DNA of 64,000 nucleotides, taken from an uncultured Acidobacteriota bacterium (GTDB lineage Bacteria; Acidobacteriota; Vicinamibacteria; Vicinamibacterales; CAVPJW01). The stretch spans positions 26,389-90,388 of the forward strand of contig CAWFOC010000008.1 of assembly GCA_963817395.1 (NCBI GenBank), written 5' to 3'. The notes under the pieces are model-generated. The model saw nothing but the letters and a program-made list of their open reading frames with translations, was not told the origin of the DNA and ran no database searches. How positions within the stretch are numbered: the first letter of the stretch is position 1; each line of letters opens with the position of its first letter. Made by a program: the position numbers and the translations under genes. Shown here piece by piece: positions 40,176-50,796 of the stretch.

Positions 40176-40184
40176 ATTATAGCA
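40176..40184 (-). promoter_or_regulatory. extended -10 promoter candidate for rpmE
   Basis: The minus strand reads TGCTATAAT, 33 nt upstream of the rpmE GTG. The RBS GGAAAGGA lies between them. Confidence 0.4.
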
Positions 40185-40219
40185 CCGGCATGACACGCCC
40201 AGCTTGGGGGGTGGAGGCG

Positions 40220-41186
40220 CTATGGCACGGTGGAGGTGCGGTCCCAGCGGTGTTCCCGGAGCGCCTCTCTCAGCCGGTGAGGCAGCGCTTCGCGGTCGCT
40301 GGCCGCGAGATTGCGACGGACGTGCGCAGTCTTGCGCATGCCAGGAATGGTCGTCGTGACCGCGTCGTGGCCCAGGATGAAGCGCAAGGCGACCGACGGC
40401 AGGTCCAGGCCGTCGGGCACGAGCGGCGCCGAGCGCCTCGACCCGCGGCAGGGTGGCCGCCAGGTTCTCGCGCGAGAAGTAGATGTTGCGCCAGTCACCG
40501 TCCGGCCAGCGTGACGCGGGAGTCAACGTGCCCGTGAGGCTGCCCTCGTCGAACGGGACGCGCGCGATGACGGCAACCCGGTGCCGCTGGCAGGCCGCGA
40601 AGAGGTCGTCCTCGGGCGCCTGATCGAAGATGTTGTAGACGACCTGAACCGCATCGACCAGACCGGTCTCAATCGCCTCGAGCACGTTCGCCGGTTCCCG
40701 GCGGTTCACGCTGATGCCGAACGCGCGAATCAGTCCTTCGTGCTTCAGATCCGAGACGGCTCGCTGCCACCGTTCGTCGGCGGCCCAGGCGTCGCTCCAG
40801 ACGTGAAACTGCTGCAGGTCGATGGAGTCGATGCGGAGGTTCTCGAGACTGCGCTCGGTGTACTCGCGAATGTGGTCCGGCGGGAACACGTCGTCGAGGG
40901 TGTACTCGGCGCGACCTGGCCAGAGCATGTTCCTGGGCGGGATCTTCGTCGCGACATGGAGTCGCGAGCCACGGTGGGCGGCAAGGGTCTGTCCAAGCAG
41001 CCGCTCGCTCCGGCCGTTCCCATACACCCAGGCGGTATCGAAGAAATTGCAGCCGAGCGCAATGCTCTCATCGAGCGAACGACGCGACTCCTCGTCGTCG
41101 GAGCCCGACCACCCGCCCATGCCCCATGTGCCGTAGCCGATTTCCGAGACAGACCAGTCGGTGCGCGGGAAACGACGGTACAGCAT
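40220..41186 (-). CDS. aldo/keto reductase; one frame break as assembled
   Basis: N-terminal 270 aa are in ORF 40140..41186 ([25 protein letters not shown]). The C-terminus is in ORF 40220..40498 ([19 protein letters not shown]). The junction is at about 40430-40452. Confidence 0.75.
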
Positions 41187-41252
41187 GGTGAAGGTGTGCG
41201 TTCGCGAGGCTCGTTGCGGGGATGAAGCCGGCGGCCGACGTGCGCTCTCCGT

Positions 41253-42572
41253 TCAGCTCTTGCCGTTCGACATCGAAGAAAGGAACTCGGCGTTGCTCCG
41301 CACCTTGGCCATCCGCGAGAGGAGGAGCTCCATGGCCTCGACAGGGGACAGCGGCGTCAGGACCTTGCGCAGAATCCAGATCCGGTTGAGATCCTCCTTC
41401 GGAATGAGCAGCTCCTCCTTACGGGTGCCGCTCTTCTGGATGTCGATGGCGGGGAACACGCGCTTGTCGACGAGCTTGCGATCGAGGTGGATTTCCATGT
41501 TGCCCGTGCCCTTGAACTCTTCGAAGATCACTTCGTCCATGCGCGATCCCGTGTCCACGAGCGCGGTCGCGATGATGGTGAGCGAGCCGCCTTCCTCGAT
41601 GTTGCGCGCCGCGCCGAAGAACCGCTTCGGCCGCTGCAGGGCGTTGCTGTCCACGCCGCCCGAGAGCACCTTGCCCGACGGCGGCACGATGGTGTTGTAG
41701 GCCCGGGCCAGCCGGGTAATCGAGTCGAGCAGAATCACGACGTCCTTCTTGTGCTCGACCAGACGCTTCGCCTTCTCGATCACCATCTCGGCCACCTGCA
41801 CGTGGCGCTGCGCCGGCTCGTCGAACGTGGAGGAAATGACTTCGCCCTTCACCGAGCGCTGCATGTCGGTGACTTCCTCGGGCCGCTCGTCGATCAGGAG
41901 CACGATCAGGTAGGCCTCGGGGTGGTTCACGGCCACGCTGTTCGCGATGCTTTGCAGCAGCATCGTCTTGCCCGTGCGCGGGGGAGCCACGATGAGACCG
42001 CGCTGGCCCTTGCCGATGGGCGACATCAGATCCATGACCCGGGCGGACAGGTTCTCGGCTTCGGTCTCGAGCCTGACGCGCTGCTGCGGGTAGAGCGGCG
42101 TGAGGTTCTCGAAGAACACCTTCTCGCGCGCGCGGTCCGGCGTGTCGAAGTTGACCGCCTCCACCTTGATGAGCGCGAAATACCGCTCGCCGTCCTTTGG
42201 CGGCCTGATCTGGCCCGACACGGTGTCGCCGGTGTGCAGATCGAACTTTCGAATCTGCGAGGGCGAGACATACACGTCGTCGGGTCCGGGCAGATAGTTG
42301 TAGTCGGGCGCCCGGAGGAAGCCGAACCCCTCGGGGAGCGTTTCGAGCACGCCCTCCGAGAAGATGAGGCCACTCTTTTCGGTGCGGGCCCGCAGGATCT
42401 CGAAGATGAGCTCCTGCTTGCGCATGCCGCTCGCGCCAGGGACGTCGAGGTCCTTGGCGATCTTGGTGAGGGCGGTAATGCCCATCTCCTTGAGCGTGGC
42501 AAGCTCTATGACGGGCGGCTGCGCGGGTCGGGCGGGTGGTTGCGGTTGAGTAACTTGTCGATCTGTTTCCAC
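41253..42572 (-). CDS. rho: transcription termination factor Rho
   Basis: 439 aa. Rho N-domain ([16 protein letters not shown]...[11 protein letters not shown]), Walker A APPRTGKT, and [38 protein letters not shown]. Confidence 0.9.
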   Translation of the reverse strand: METDRQVTQPQPPARPAQPPVIELATLKEMGITALTKIAKDLDVPGASGMRKQELIFEILRARTEKSGLIFSEGVLETLPEGFGFLRAPDYNYLPGPDDVYVSPSQIRKFDLHTGDTVSGQIRPPKDGERYFALIKVEAVNFDTPDRAREKVFFENLTPLYPQQRVRLETEAENLSARVMDLMSPIGKGQRGLIVAPPRTGKTMLLQSIANSVAVNHPEAYLIVLLIDERPEEVTDMQRSVKGEVISSTFDEPAQRHVQVAEMVIEKAKRLVEHKKDVVILLDSITRLARAYNTIVPPSGKVLSGGVDSNALQRPKRFFGAARNIEEGGSLTIIATALVDTGSRMDEVIFEEFKGTGNMEIHLDRKLVDKRVFPAIDIQKSGTRKEELLIPKEDLNRIWILRKVLTPLSPVEAMELLLSRMAKVRSNAEFLSSMSNGKS

Positions 42573-43151
42573 AGGGCTTCCAATCCTTCGCCGGTGGCGG
42601 CCGAGACGGCCAGCACCGGAACATTCAACGTGCGTTCCAATTCGGCTGTCGCGCGTGCACGTGCGGCGCGAGCCAGCTTGTCGATCTTGGTGGCCACCAC
42701 GGCCACCGGGAGTCCAATCGCCGCCAGATACCGTCCGGCCTCGAGATCGCTGTCCAGCCCCGGATGCCGGCTATCGACGATGAGCAGCGCACTCCAGGGC
42801 TCGGGTGGCCGTCCCGACTCTCCAGGCCCCTCATGCGCCTGTCCGAAGTACGCCCGCGCCAGCCGATCGAACGTTCGTCGGGCTGCCTCGCCACCCCGGG
42901 TGTAGCCGTAACCCGGCAGGTCCACCAGGTGGAAGGGCGGTGTCCGCCCGCGCGTCACGCGGTAGACATTGATCAGGCGTGTCTTGCCCGGCGCTCGCAC
43001 TCGTCCTCGCAATCTGGCGCCGGACGAGGGCGTTGACCAGGCTCGACTTCCCGACATTCGAGCGCCCGACGAGCGCTACCTCGGGTGTTCCGTCACAGGG
43101 TAGCTGCCGGGCCTCGGCAGCGCTGAGCACCAGTTCTGCAGCAATATTCAA
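42506..43151 (-). CDS. engB: ribosome-biogenesis GTPase YihA/EngB; one frame break as assembled
   Basis: G1 [14 protein letters not shown] is in ORF 42831..43151. G3 DLPGYG and G4 TKIDK are in ORF 42506..43057. The junction is at about 42987-43004. The 3' end overlaps the rho start by 67 nt. Confidence 0.75.
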
Positions 43152-43205
43152 GGTGCGGGCGATTCGACCTGCCGCCGTCCGGCGTCTCGTCGCGCCACAC
43201 GCGCG

Positions 43206-45602
43206 TCAGTGGGTAATGGCGTCGTCGGAAATCGTGGAATCGACCTCGTCGATGGCCGGGCCCGCTTCGGCGGTCAGCCGGCTGGGGAGCGGTTCCGACA
43301 GCGCGAGCCTCAGCACATCGTCCATGGTCTGCACCAGGTGGATGTTGAGGTCGTCGAGCACGTTCTTCGGAATATCCGCCAGATCCTTCTCGTTGTCCAA
43401 GGGCAGAATGATGTCCTTGAGGCCGGCGCGGTGCGCGGCCAGCACCTTCTCTTTGACGCCGCCAATGGGCAGGACCTTGCCGCGCAGCGTGATCTCACCC
43501 GTCATCGCCACGTCTTTCCGCGTCGGAATGCGGGCCAGCGCCGACACGAGCGCCGTGGCCATGGTGATGCCGGCCGATGGCCCGTCCTTCGGGATGGCGC
43601 CCTCGGGCACGTGGACGTGGACGTCGTGCTTGCGGTTGAAGTCCTTCGGAAGGCCGAAGTCGTCGGCCCTCGACCGCACGAAGCTCATGGCGGCCTGCGC
43701 CGACTCCTGCATGACGTCGCCGAGCTTGCCGGTGAGTGTCAGGGTGCCCTTGCCGGGCATCAGCGTGGCCTCGCTCACGAGAATTTCGCCGCCCACTTCC
43801 GTCCACGCCAGCCCGGTGGCGATGCCGATCTCGTTGCTCTGCTCGGCGAGCGTCGTGCGGTAGCGCGGCACGCCGAGGAACTGCGTGACCTTGTCGGAAG
43901 TCGTCTCCACGGCATAGCTGGGACCAGTCTTCACCACCTCGCGGGCGACCTTGCGGCAGATCGAGGAAATCTCCCGCTCGAGGTTGCGGACACCCGCCTC
44001 GCGCGTGTAGCGCTGAATGAGCGTGCGCAGCGCCTCGTCGTCGAACGTGACGTTCGCCGTCGTGAGACCGGTGCCCTCGATGGCCTTCGGCACCAGGAAC
44101 CGCTTGGCGATCTCGACCTTTTCCTGCTCGGTGTATCCGGCCAGCTGGAGCACCTCCATGCGATCGCGCAGCGCCTGCGGAATGGTGTGCAGGATGTTGG
44201 CGGTGCAGATGAACATGACGTGCGAGAGGTCGTACTCGACGTCCAGGTAGTGATCCAGGAACGTGTGGTTCTGCTCGGGATCGAGCACCTCGAGCAGGGC
44301 CGCCGAGGGGTCGCCCCGGAAGTCCATCGACATCTTGTCGACTTCGTCCAGCAGGAACACCGGGTTGAGCGTCGTGGCCTTCTTCATCATCTGGATGATC
44401 TGGCCAGGAAACGCGCCGATGTAGGTGCGGCGATGACCGCGAATCTCGGCTTCGTCGCGCACGCCGCCCAGCGAGAGCCGCACGAACTTGCGGTTCATCG
44501 CCCGGGCGATCGACTTGGCGAGCGACGTCTTGCCGACGCCGGGAGGCCCGACGAAGGTGAGGATCGTGGCTTTCGGCTTCTTGACCAGTGTCCGGACCGC
44601 CAGGAACTCGAGGATGCGCTCCTTGATCTTCTCCAGTCCGTAGTGGTCGTGATTGAGGATCTCCTCGGCCCGCTTGAGGTCGCGGCTCTCGCGTGTTTTC
44701 TTGAACCAGGGGACCGCGATGATCCAGTCGAGATAGTTGCGTGAGACGGTGGCTTCGGCCGACATCGGCGGCATCGCTTCGAGCCGCTTGAGCTCCTGGA
44801 TGGCCTTCTCCTGCACATCCTTGGGCATGCGGGCCGACTCGATCTTCTTCTTCAGCTCGTCGATCTCGTTGCCCTTCTCGTCCTTGCGGCCGAGCTCCTT
44901 CTGGATCGCCTTCATCTTCTCGTTCAGGTAGTACTCCTTCTGCGCCTTCTCCATCTGCTTCTTCACGCGCGTCTGGATGCGGCGGTCCACCTGAAGCTTG
45001 TCCACTTCGATCTCGAGGATGCCGGCGATGCGGTTGAGCCGTTCGACCGGCGAGACGATCTCGAGCAGGTTCTGTTTTTCCTCGACGCCGACGAGCAGGT
45101 GCGCGGCAATGGTGTCGGCGAGCTTGCCGGGGTCGTCCACGCGCACGGCCGCGATCATGGCGTCGTAGTGCAGGTTGTTCGACAGCTTGACGTACTGCTC
45201 GAAGAGCGACACCACCCGGCTCATCGTCGCTTCGGCGTCGCTGGCCGCTTCGCGGTTGCGCGGCATCACTTTGACCACGACGCGGAAGAAGCCCTTGTCC
45301 TCTTTCCACTCCACCGCGCGCGCCCGGTCGACGCCCTCGACCAGCACCTTGATATTGCCGTCGGGCAGCTTGAGGCTCTGAACGATGTTGGCCACGCAGC
45401 CCATCGTGTAGATGTCCTCGGGCTTGGGATCGTCGATGGCGGCGTCGTGCTGGGCGGCGAGGAAGATGCGCTTGTCCTTCACGAGCGCGTGCTCCAGGGC
45501 CCGGATCGACGAGGGCCGCCCGATGACGAACGGCATCATCATGTGCGGGAACACCACGACGTCGCGCAGCGGAACGATGGGCAGGGTTTCGTAGACTTCC
45601 AA
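43206..45602 (-). CDS. lon: ATP-dependent Lon protease (LonA)
   Basis: LON N-domain ([19 protein letters not shown]), Walker [10 protein letters not shown], catalytic [17 protein letters not shown]. There is no ATG near the conserved N-terminus. I propose the TTG at 45602 ([10 protein letters not shown]); a CTG 12 nt upstream is an alternative. The ORF extension to 45713 would overlap clpX. Confidence 0.85.
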   Translation of the reverse strand: MEVYETLPIVPLRDVVVFPHMMMPFVIGRPSSIRALEHALVKDKRIFLAAQHDAAIDDPKPEDIYTMGCVANIVQSLKLPDGNIKVLVEGVDRARAVEWKEDKGFFRVVVKVMPRNREAASDAEATMSRVVSLFEQYVKLSNNLHYDAMIAAVRVDDPGKLADTIAAHLLVGVEEKQNLLEIVSPVERLNRIAGILEIEVDKLQVDRRIQTRVKKQMEKAQKEYYLNEKMKAIQKELGRKDEKGNEIDELKKKIESARMPKDVQEKAIQELKRLEAMPPMSAEATVSRNYLDWIIAVPWFKKTRESRDLKRAEEILNHDHYGLEKIKERILEFLAVRTLVKKPKATILTFVGPPGVGKTSLAKSIARAMNRKFVRLSLGGVRDEAEIRGHRRTYIGAFPGQIIQMMKKATTLNPVFLLDEVDKMSMDFRGDPSAALLEVLDPEQNHTFLDHYLDVEYDLSHVMFICTANILHTIPQALRDRMEVLQLAGYTEQEKVEIAKRFLVPKAIEGTGLTTANVTFDDEALRTLIQRYTREAGVRNLEREISSICRKVAREVVKTGPSYAVETTSDKVTQFLGVPRYRTTLAEQSNEIGIATGLAWTEVGGEILVSEATLMPGKGTLTLTGKLGDVMQESAQAAMSFVRSRADDFGLPKDFNRKHDVHVHVPEGAIPKDGPSAGITMATALVSALARIPTRKDVAMTGEITLRGKVLPIGGVKEKVLAAHRAGLKDIILPLDNEKDLADIPKNVLDDLNIHLVQTMDDVLRLALSEPLPSRLTAEAGPAIDEVDSTISDDAITH

Positions 45603-45643
45603 CGGTGGCTCCAGGTGTCGGGTCAGGCTTCGGGCAGCCCCGG

Positions 45644-46891
45644 CTATCCGGCCTTTTCGATCAGGGTGATGGGCTTGTCCTTGGCTTCGACGACCTCGCG
45701 CGTGATGACGCACTCACGCACCTTACGCTGTCCCGGCAGCGTATACATGAGGTCGAGCATGAGATCCTCGATGATCATTCTGAGGCCCCGCGCGCCGATC
45801 TTGCGCGCGAGAGCCGCCTCCGCGATGGCTTCGAGGGCATCGTCGGCGAACCTCAGCTTGACGTTCTCGTACTCGAACAACTTCTGGTACTGGCGCGTAA
45901 TGGCGTTGCGCGGCTGCGTCAGGATCTGGATGAGCGCGCTCTTGTCGAGCTCGTGCAGCGTGCCGATGACGGGCAGCCGTCCGACGAACTCCGGGATGAG
46001 CCCGTACTTGATGAGATCCGAGGGCTCCACTCGCTCGAGCGTCGTGCCGATATCGCGGGCGGCCACCGACTTGACGTCGGCCTTGAAGCCCAGCGTCTTC
46101 TTGCCGATGCGCCGCTCGATCTGCTTCTCGAGCCCCACGAACGCGCCGCCGCAGATGAAGAGAATATTGGTGGTGTCGATCTGGAAGAACTCCTGGTGGG
46201 GGTGCTTGCGCCCGCCCTGCGGCGGCACGTTGGCCACCGTGCCTTCCAGGATCTTCAGCAGCGCCTGCTGCACGCCCTCGCCCGACACGTCGCGCGTGAT
46301 CGACGGGTTCTCGTCCTTGCGGCAGATCTTGTCGACTTCGTCGATGTAGATGATGCCCTGCTGGCACTTCTCGATGTCGCCCCCCGCGGCCTGCAGCAGC
46401 TTGAGGATGATGTTCTCCACGTCCTCCCCGACATACCCGGCCTCGGTGAGCGTCGTGGCATCCACAATCGTGAAGGGGACGGAGAGGAGCTTGGCCAGCG
46501 TCTGGGCGAGCAGCGTCTTGCCGGTGCCGGTGGGGCCGATGAGCAGGATGTTCGATTTCGTCAGCTCGACGTCGTTGCGGCCCCGCGGCTGCTTCTGGAT
46601 CTCGATGCGCTTGTAGTGGTTGTAGACGGCGACGGCCAGCTTGCGCTTGGTGCGCTCCTGGCCGATGACGTACTCATCGAGGAACTTCTTGATCTCCGGC
46701 GGCATCGGCAGCGACGACCGTACGCCGCGGGTCTCGAACTTGTTGTCGTCGGCGATGATGTCGTTGCAGACCTCGACGCACTCGTCGCAAATGAAGACCG
46801 TCGGGCCCGCAATCAGCTTGCGGACGTCGTTCTGGTCCTTGTTGCAGAACGAGCAGCGGAGGACTTCGCCCTCGCCGTTCTTCTTCACCAT
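45644..46891 (-). CDS. clpX: ATP-dependent Clp protease ATP-binding subunit ClpX
   Basis: Zinc-finger motif CSFCNK...CDECV, Walker A GPTGTGKT, and the IGF-like loop region. 415 aa. Confidence 0.92.
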   Translation of the reverse strand: MVKKNGEGEVLRCSFCNKDQNDVRKLIAGPTVFICDECVEVCNDIIADDNKFETRGVRSSLPMPPEIKKFLDEYVIGQERTKRKLAVAVYNHYKRIEIQKQPRGRNDVELTKSNILLIGPTGTGKTLLAQTLAKLLSVPFTIVDATTLTEAGYVGEDVENIILKLLQAAGGDIEKCQQGIIYIDEVDKICRKDENPSITRDVSGEGVQQALLKILEGTVANVPPQGGRKHPHQEFFQIDTTNILFICGGAFVGLEKQIERRIGKKTLGFKADVKSVAARDIGTTLERVEPSDLIKYGLIPEFVGRLPVIGTLHELDKSALIQILTQPRNAITRQYQKLFEYENVKLRFADDALEAIAEAALARKIGARGLRMIIEDLMLDLMYTLPGQRKVRECVITREVVEAKDKPITLIEKAG

Positions 46892-47000
46892 ATCTGGCTA
46901 TCGACTCCGGATGAGCTGACCGGCGGCGCGCGTGCTACTTATCGGCCCGAGCGCCCCGGCGCACACCCTCCCGGGCCTGCGGTCCCGGGGCGGGCCGCCT

Positions 47001-47630
47001 TCAGGCCCGCTGGCGGATGACATCGTCAATGATACCGTATTCCTTCCCCTGCTCGGCCGACATGATGTAGTCGCGCTCGGTATCCTCCTGGATACGCTTC
47101 AGGGGCTGGTGGGTATGGCCTGCCAGAATCTCGCTGACCCGCTCGCGCATGCGCAGGATTTCGCGCGCGGCGATGTCGATGTCGGTGGCCTGTCCACCCA
47201 GCCCGGACATCCACGGCTGGTGAATCAGGATCCGCGAATTGGGGAGCGAGAACCGCTTGCCCTGCGTCCCGGCGGCCAGCAGCACGGCCGCAATGGAGGC
47301 CGCCTGGCCGATGCAGTAGGTCTGCACGTCCGGCTTGATGAACTGCATGGTGTCGTAAATGGCAAACCCCGCGGTGATCGATCCGCCCGGGCTGTTGATG
47401 TAGAGCAGGATGTCCTTGTCGGGATCTTCGGCTTCGAGAAACAGCATTTGCGCGATCACCAGATTGGCGATCCCGTCATCGATCGGTGTGCCGATGAAGA
47501 TGATGCTGTCCTTGAGCAGTCGCGAAAAGATGTCGTAGGCGCGCTCGCCGCGGTTGGTCTGTTCGACCACCATCGGCACCAGCTGCTGGCGCGCGTCAGC
47601 CCAGGAACGTGACATCACCAGATTCGTCAA
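47001..47630 (-). CDS. clpP: ATP-dependent Clp protease proteolytic subunit ClpP
   Basis: Motifs [23 protein letters not shown], active-site [11 protein letters not shown], and LIHQP. The start is ambiguous: TTG at 47630 or ATG at 47615. Confidence 0.9.
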   Translation of the reverse strand: MTNLVMSRSWADARQQLVPMVVEQTNRGERAYDIFSRLLKDSIIFIGTPIDDGIANLVIAQMLFLEAEDPDKDILLYINSPGGSITAGFAIYDTMQFIKPDVQTYCIGQAASIAAVLLAAGTQGKRFSLPNSRILIHQPWMSGLGGQATDIDIAAREILRMRERVSEILAGHTHQPLKRIQEDTERDYIMSAEQGKEYGIIDDVIRQRA

Positions 47631-47709
47631 TCCTTGTCAGCGACCGGTACCGATCGCTGTATCCATCACGAGCGGCAAAAGTGCTGGGGTCTCTGAAGGC
47701 GGGAACCAC

Positions 47710-49016
47710 TCACGCTCGAGCGATTGTAGCACGCGTGAGCACGAAGTCAACCGCCTTCTCACGCCGTAACCCCGTGTACAGGCGTGAGATCCCGCCGTCC
47801 TTCTCCAACCGCGCGCGAACGGCGGCCGTCGTGCGCCCCGCGCGGGCCGCGTACTCGCCGATCTCGCGCTCGAGTTCGGCGTCGCTGACCGTCAATTCTT
47901 CCCGACGCGCGACTTCGTCGAGCACGAGCGCTCCCGCGACGGCCTCGCGCGCCGCCTCGCGCTGAGCCTCGCGCAGCTGATCCCAGTCAACAGGGGCGCG
48001 TCGCGGATCGACCCCCTGCTCCATCAGCCGCCGCGCGAACTCCTCGACCCGACGCTCGATCTCCCGCGTCACGAGCGAGTCGGGAACCGCGAAGGGCACG
48101 CGGCCGCGCGAGCTCCTTCAGCAGGTCGCCCCGGAGCTGGCGGTCCGCATCGTGCTCGGCCTGATGGTGCAGGTCGGTTCGCACCCGCTCGCGCAGCGCG
48201 TCGAGTCGACTCGAAATCGCCGACGTCCTTCGCGAACTCGTCGTCCAGCTCGGGCACCACGCGCCGCCTCAGCGCCTTCACGGCGACCTGGTAGCTCATC
48301 GCCGTACCGGCCAGCTCGGTGAGCGCGTGGTCCGCCGGATAGGTAATGGTGAAGCTCTTTTCGGCCCCTGCGCTCAGGCCCGCCAGCTCCTCGTCGAATC
48401 CCGGGCGGATTGGCCGAGCGCCCAGCTCGATCGACACGTTCTCGTGGCGGTCCGGCTCGCCCTCGGCTGCCTGTCGCGTCAGATCGACCACGACCGTGTC
48501 GCCGATCTCCGCCGGACGGTCCTCGATGGGCTCGTACCGCGCGGCGCGGTCGCGCAGCCGTTGAAGCGCCTCACCCACCGCGTTGTCGTCGAGGCTCACG
48601 GGTGGACGCCTGAGGTGAATCGTCGAGTAGTCCCCCGGATCGATGGGCGGCACCGTGTCGAAGGATGCCGTGAACTTGAGCGGCTTGCCCTCCTCGACCA
48701 GCACGTCGCGAATGTCCGGCGTATCGATTGGCTCGACGCCACGCTCCCGCAGCGCGTCGTCGACCGCGCGCGGAATGAGGCCGTGGGCCACGTCGTGCAG
48801 AATCTGCTCGCGGAACCGCTGCTTGATGAGCCGGACCGGCACCTTGCCGGGCCGGAATCCCGGGATGCGGGCCGCCTTGCCGTAGTCACGGGTGATCCGG
48901 TCGATCTCGGCGTCGACGACCGCACTCGGAATCTCGACGACGAGGCTCTTCCGTGTCTCGCTGACGTCGAGAAAATCGGTCTTGGTGGACACAGTCGATT
49001 GCTGGGCAGAAGCCAT
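47710..49016 (-). CDS. tig: trigger factor; two frame breaks as assembled
   Basis: The N-terminal ribosome-binding and PPIase-like parts are in ORF 48069..49016 (GFRPGKVPVRLIKQRF). The middle is in ORF 47987..48184. The C-terminus is in ORF 47710..48099. Junctions are at about 48200-48216 (a TCGAC-TCGAC repeat) and 48096-48112. Confidence 0.8.
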
Positions 49017-49058
49017 CCGGGTCTCGAACGATGACTAGAGGTGTCGAGGGGCTTGGGA

Positions 49059-49145
49059 TGGTGCGAAAGGGGGGAGTTGAACCCCCATAGCCTTGCGGCT
49101 ACCGGATCCTAAGTCCGGCGCGTCTGCCAGTTCCGCCACTTTCGC
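49059..49145 (-). tRNA. tRNA-Leu, anticodon TAG, with a long variable arm and an encoded CCA
   Basis: The minus strand reads GCGAAAGTGGCGGAACTGGCAGACGCGCCGGACTTAGGATCCGGTAGCCGCAAGGCTATGGGGGTTCAACTCCCCCCTTTCGCACCA. It has a 7-bp acceptor stem (GCGAAAG/CTTTCGC), an anticodon stem CCGGA/TCCGG with loop CTTAGGA, a variable-arm hairpin GCC-GCAA-GGC, and a T-arm GGGGG-TTCAACT-CCCCC. Confidence 0.9.
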
Positions 49146-49179
49146 CCGGAGCACCGTGCGCGCGCCGCTCGTCTTCGAC

Positions 49180-49209
49180 AGGGTAGCACGCGCTTTTTCG
49201 GACGGTCAA
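49180..49209 (-). promoter_or_regulatory. promoter candidate for tRNA-Leu (and perhaps tig onward)
   Basis: The minus strand reads TTGACC, 15 nt, then TGC TACCCT (an extended -10). It is followed by a GC-rich discriminator about 30 nt before the tRNA 5' end. Confidence 0.3.
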
Positions 49210-49244
49210 TCTGCGGCGACCCTCGCCGGATGCGACCTCGTGCA

Positions 49245-49595
49245 TCAGGCGCCTGGCAGCCAGACGAGCTGACGACAGGCCGGACATGCGTACACCATCC
49301 GCAGGTCGGCGACGAACGAAACGAAACCGCCGTGACCGTGTACGGCGCACGAGGGGCAGATGGCCGCCGCGGTGGCCTCGACGGTCGCCACGCGCAAGCG
49401 CCGTCCCGTCCGGGGATCGGGAAGAGCCTCGGGTCGCGCCTCGTGTGGCGTCAGCCGCGCGCCCTCTGGAGTCTGGTGTCGTCGGAACAGCCCGCCGTAT
49501 GCGTCGGGCTGTGGGGGATGAGTCCATTCGTATGAGGTCGTGCGCCGGATATGAGACGTTGAACGCGCGGCGACATCGTAACACAAACATTTCAC
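49245..49595 (-). CDS. small zinc-ribbon protein (hypothetical), last gene of the ECF sigma operon
   Basis: The GTG overlaps the corrected anti-sigma stop (GTGA). The C-terminal 50 aa have high GC3 and a CxxC...CxxC motif (ICPSCAVHGHGGFVSFVADLRMVYACPACRQLVWLP). The N-terminal half is less convincing. Confidence 0.4.
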   Translation of the reverse strand: MKCLCYDVAARSTSHIRRTTSYEWTHPPQPDAYGGLFRRHQTPEGARLTPHEARPEALPDPRTGRRLRVATVEATAAAICPSCAVHGHGGFVSFVADLRMVYACPACRQLVWLPGA

Positions 49596-50079
49596 CCGAT
49601 CTCTTCATTGTCCACCCACCACCAGACCACCATGGCCGTCAGGATCAGCAGGAAGGCGAGCGTGTAGGTCGACAGGCGCGGCGCGAGGCTGTCGACGGCG
49701 TCTCGAGACCGGACATGAAGACACTCGAGGCGTCGCTGGTGACCACAGTCAACCCGCTCACACTGAGAAGCACCCAGACGCCGATCGCCACGGCCCCCAA
49801 TCCGCCGGCAATTGCGAGGTTGAAGGTGACGTCGATCACCTGCTCCGCCTTCCACCAGTCGCGCCGCAGCCGCCGCTCGACTCTCGCCGCGAAGCCCGGT
49901 GGCACCTCGCCGAGCGCTGGCCGTTCGAGCGTCCCTTCGATGCGGCGCGCCAGGGCGAGCTGCGCCTGACAGCGCGGGCAGTTCGACAGGTGGGCTGAAA
50001 AATCGGCGTCTTCGAACTGCTCGCCGGAAGCGAGGGCTTCGATGCGATCATCGAGTTCGCGGCACGTCATGGTCTTCAC
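49592..50079 (-). CDS. anti-sigma factor (zf-HC2 type, membrane-anchored); one frame break as assembled
   Basis: The motif HLSNCPRCQ (H-x3-C-x2-C) and one TM helix are in ORF 49645..50079. A second hydrophobic helix and the stop are in ORF 49592..49855 (STYTLAFLLILTAMVVWWWV). The junction is at about 49695-49725. Confidence 0.65.
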
Positions 50080-50082
50080 CGA

Positions 50083-50646
50083 TTACGCGAGCTCTGTCTG
50101 GAGCAGTAGCCGCAACGCGCGCTTGGCGCGATAGAGCCTGGTTTTCACGGTCCCGAGCGGCAGATTGAGGGCTCCGGCAAGGTCCTCGTATCGCACGTCC
50201 TTCAGGTAGTGGCCGGTCACGAGCAACTGGTCCACCGGCGACAGGCGGCTGAGCGCCTTGTCGAGTCGATCTTTCAGCTCCAGGGCCCCGAAGCCGCTGT
50301 CGCTGCCGGCGAGGCGCAGCACATCGGCGGGCCGGCCTTCATGCGCTTCGATGGCTTCCAGGCTCAGCTCGGGCGGCCCGGTCCTGGAACGCTCCTCGAT
50401 GCACAGGTTCGCGACGATGCGGAAAATCCAGGAGGAGATGCGCGCATCCCCGCGGAAGTAGGGCAGCCCGCGATACACGCGAAGGAAGGTCTCCTGGGCC
50501 AGATCCTCGATCCGCTGACGATCGCGCACCGAGCCGGAGATGAGCGCGAAGACCATCTGCTGGTAGCGGTTCACCAGATCCCGGAACGCGGCCTCATCGC
50601 CACGCTGGCACCGACGGACGAGATCGCGTTCGCTCGGATCGGCCAT
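50083..50646 (-). CDS. ECF-type RNA polymerase sigma factor (sigma-70 regions 2 and 4)
   Basis: 187 aa. Region 2 (DLAQETFLRVYRGLPYFRG) and region 4 (VRYEDLAGALNLPLGTVKTRLYRAKRAL). The anti-sigma gene starts 3 nt downstream. Confidence 0.85.
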   Translation of the reverse strand: MADPSERDLVRRCQRGDEAAFRDLVNRYQQMVFALISGSVRDRQRIEDLAQETFLRVYRGLPYFRGDARISSWIFRIVANLCIEERSRTGPPELSLEAIEAHEGRPADVLRLAGSDSGFGALELKDRLDKALSRLSPVDQLLVTGHYLKDVRYEDLAGALNLPLGTVKTRLYRAKRALRLLLQTELA

Positions 50647-50657
50647 CCGCCCGCGAT

Positions 50658-50688
50658 ATTAGACCACCGCGGGTGGCGGATTGTTTCA
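50658..50688 (-). promoter_or_regulatory. ECF-type promoter candidate driving the sigma/anti-sigma operon (autoregulation)
   Basis: The minus strand reads TGAAACAATC-N14-GTCTAAT, ending 11 nt before the sigma ATG. The motif and spacing are identical to the divergent copy at 50721..50751. Confidence 0.6.
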
Positions 50689-50720
50689 TCTCGGCGGGAA
50701 TGCCGAGGCGGCGCGCGGCT

Positions 50721-50751
50721 TGAAACAATCGCCGGGCCGATCCAGTCTAAT
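50721..50751 (+). promoter_or_regulatory. ECF-type promoter candidate driving the divergent membrane-protein gene
   Basis: The plus strand reads TGAAACAATC-N14-GTCTAAT, 45 nt upstream of the ATG at 50797. The RBS GGGAGG is at 50787-50792. Confidence 0.6.
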
Positions 50752-50796
50752 CACCCGAGGCAGACCGTCGGCGCGCAGGGCCGCCTGGGAGGCAAT

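Noticed and set aside
49146-49650. Integrated element or att site next to tRNA-Leu
   Set aside because: There is no integrase, no obvious repeat of the tRNA 3' end, and no compositional shift. The region is explained by a promoter and the last gene of the ECF operon. I only checked by eye.
50679-50730. 10-bp perfect inverted repeat GATTGTTTCA...TGAAACAATC as a hairpin, terminator or transposon end
   Set aside because: It lies between two divergent start codons, so a terminator makes no sense there. Each arm is followed at identical spacing by GTCTAAT. Two divergent ECF promoters explain that much better.
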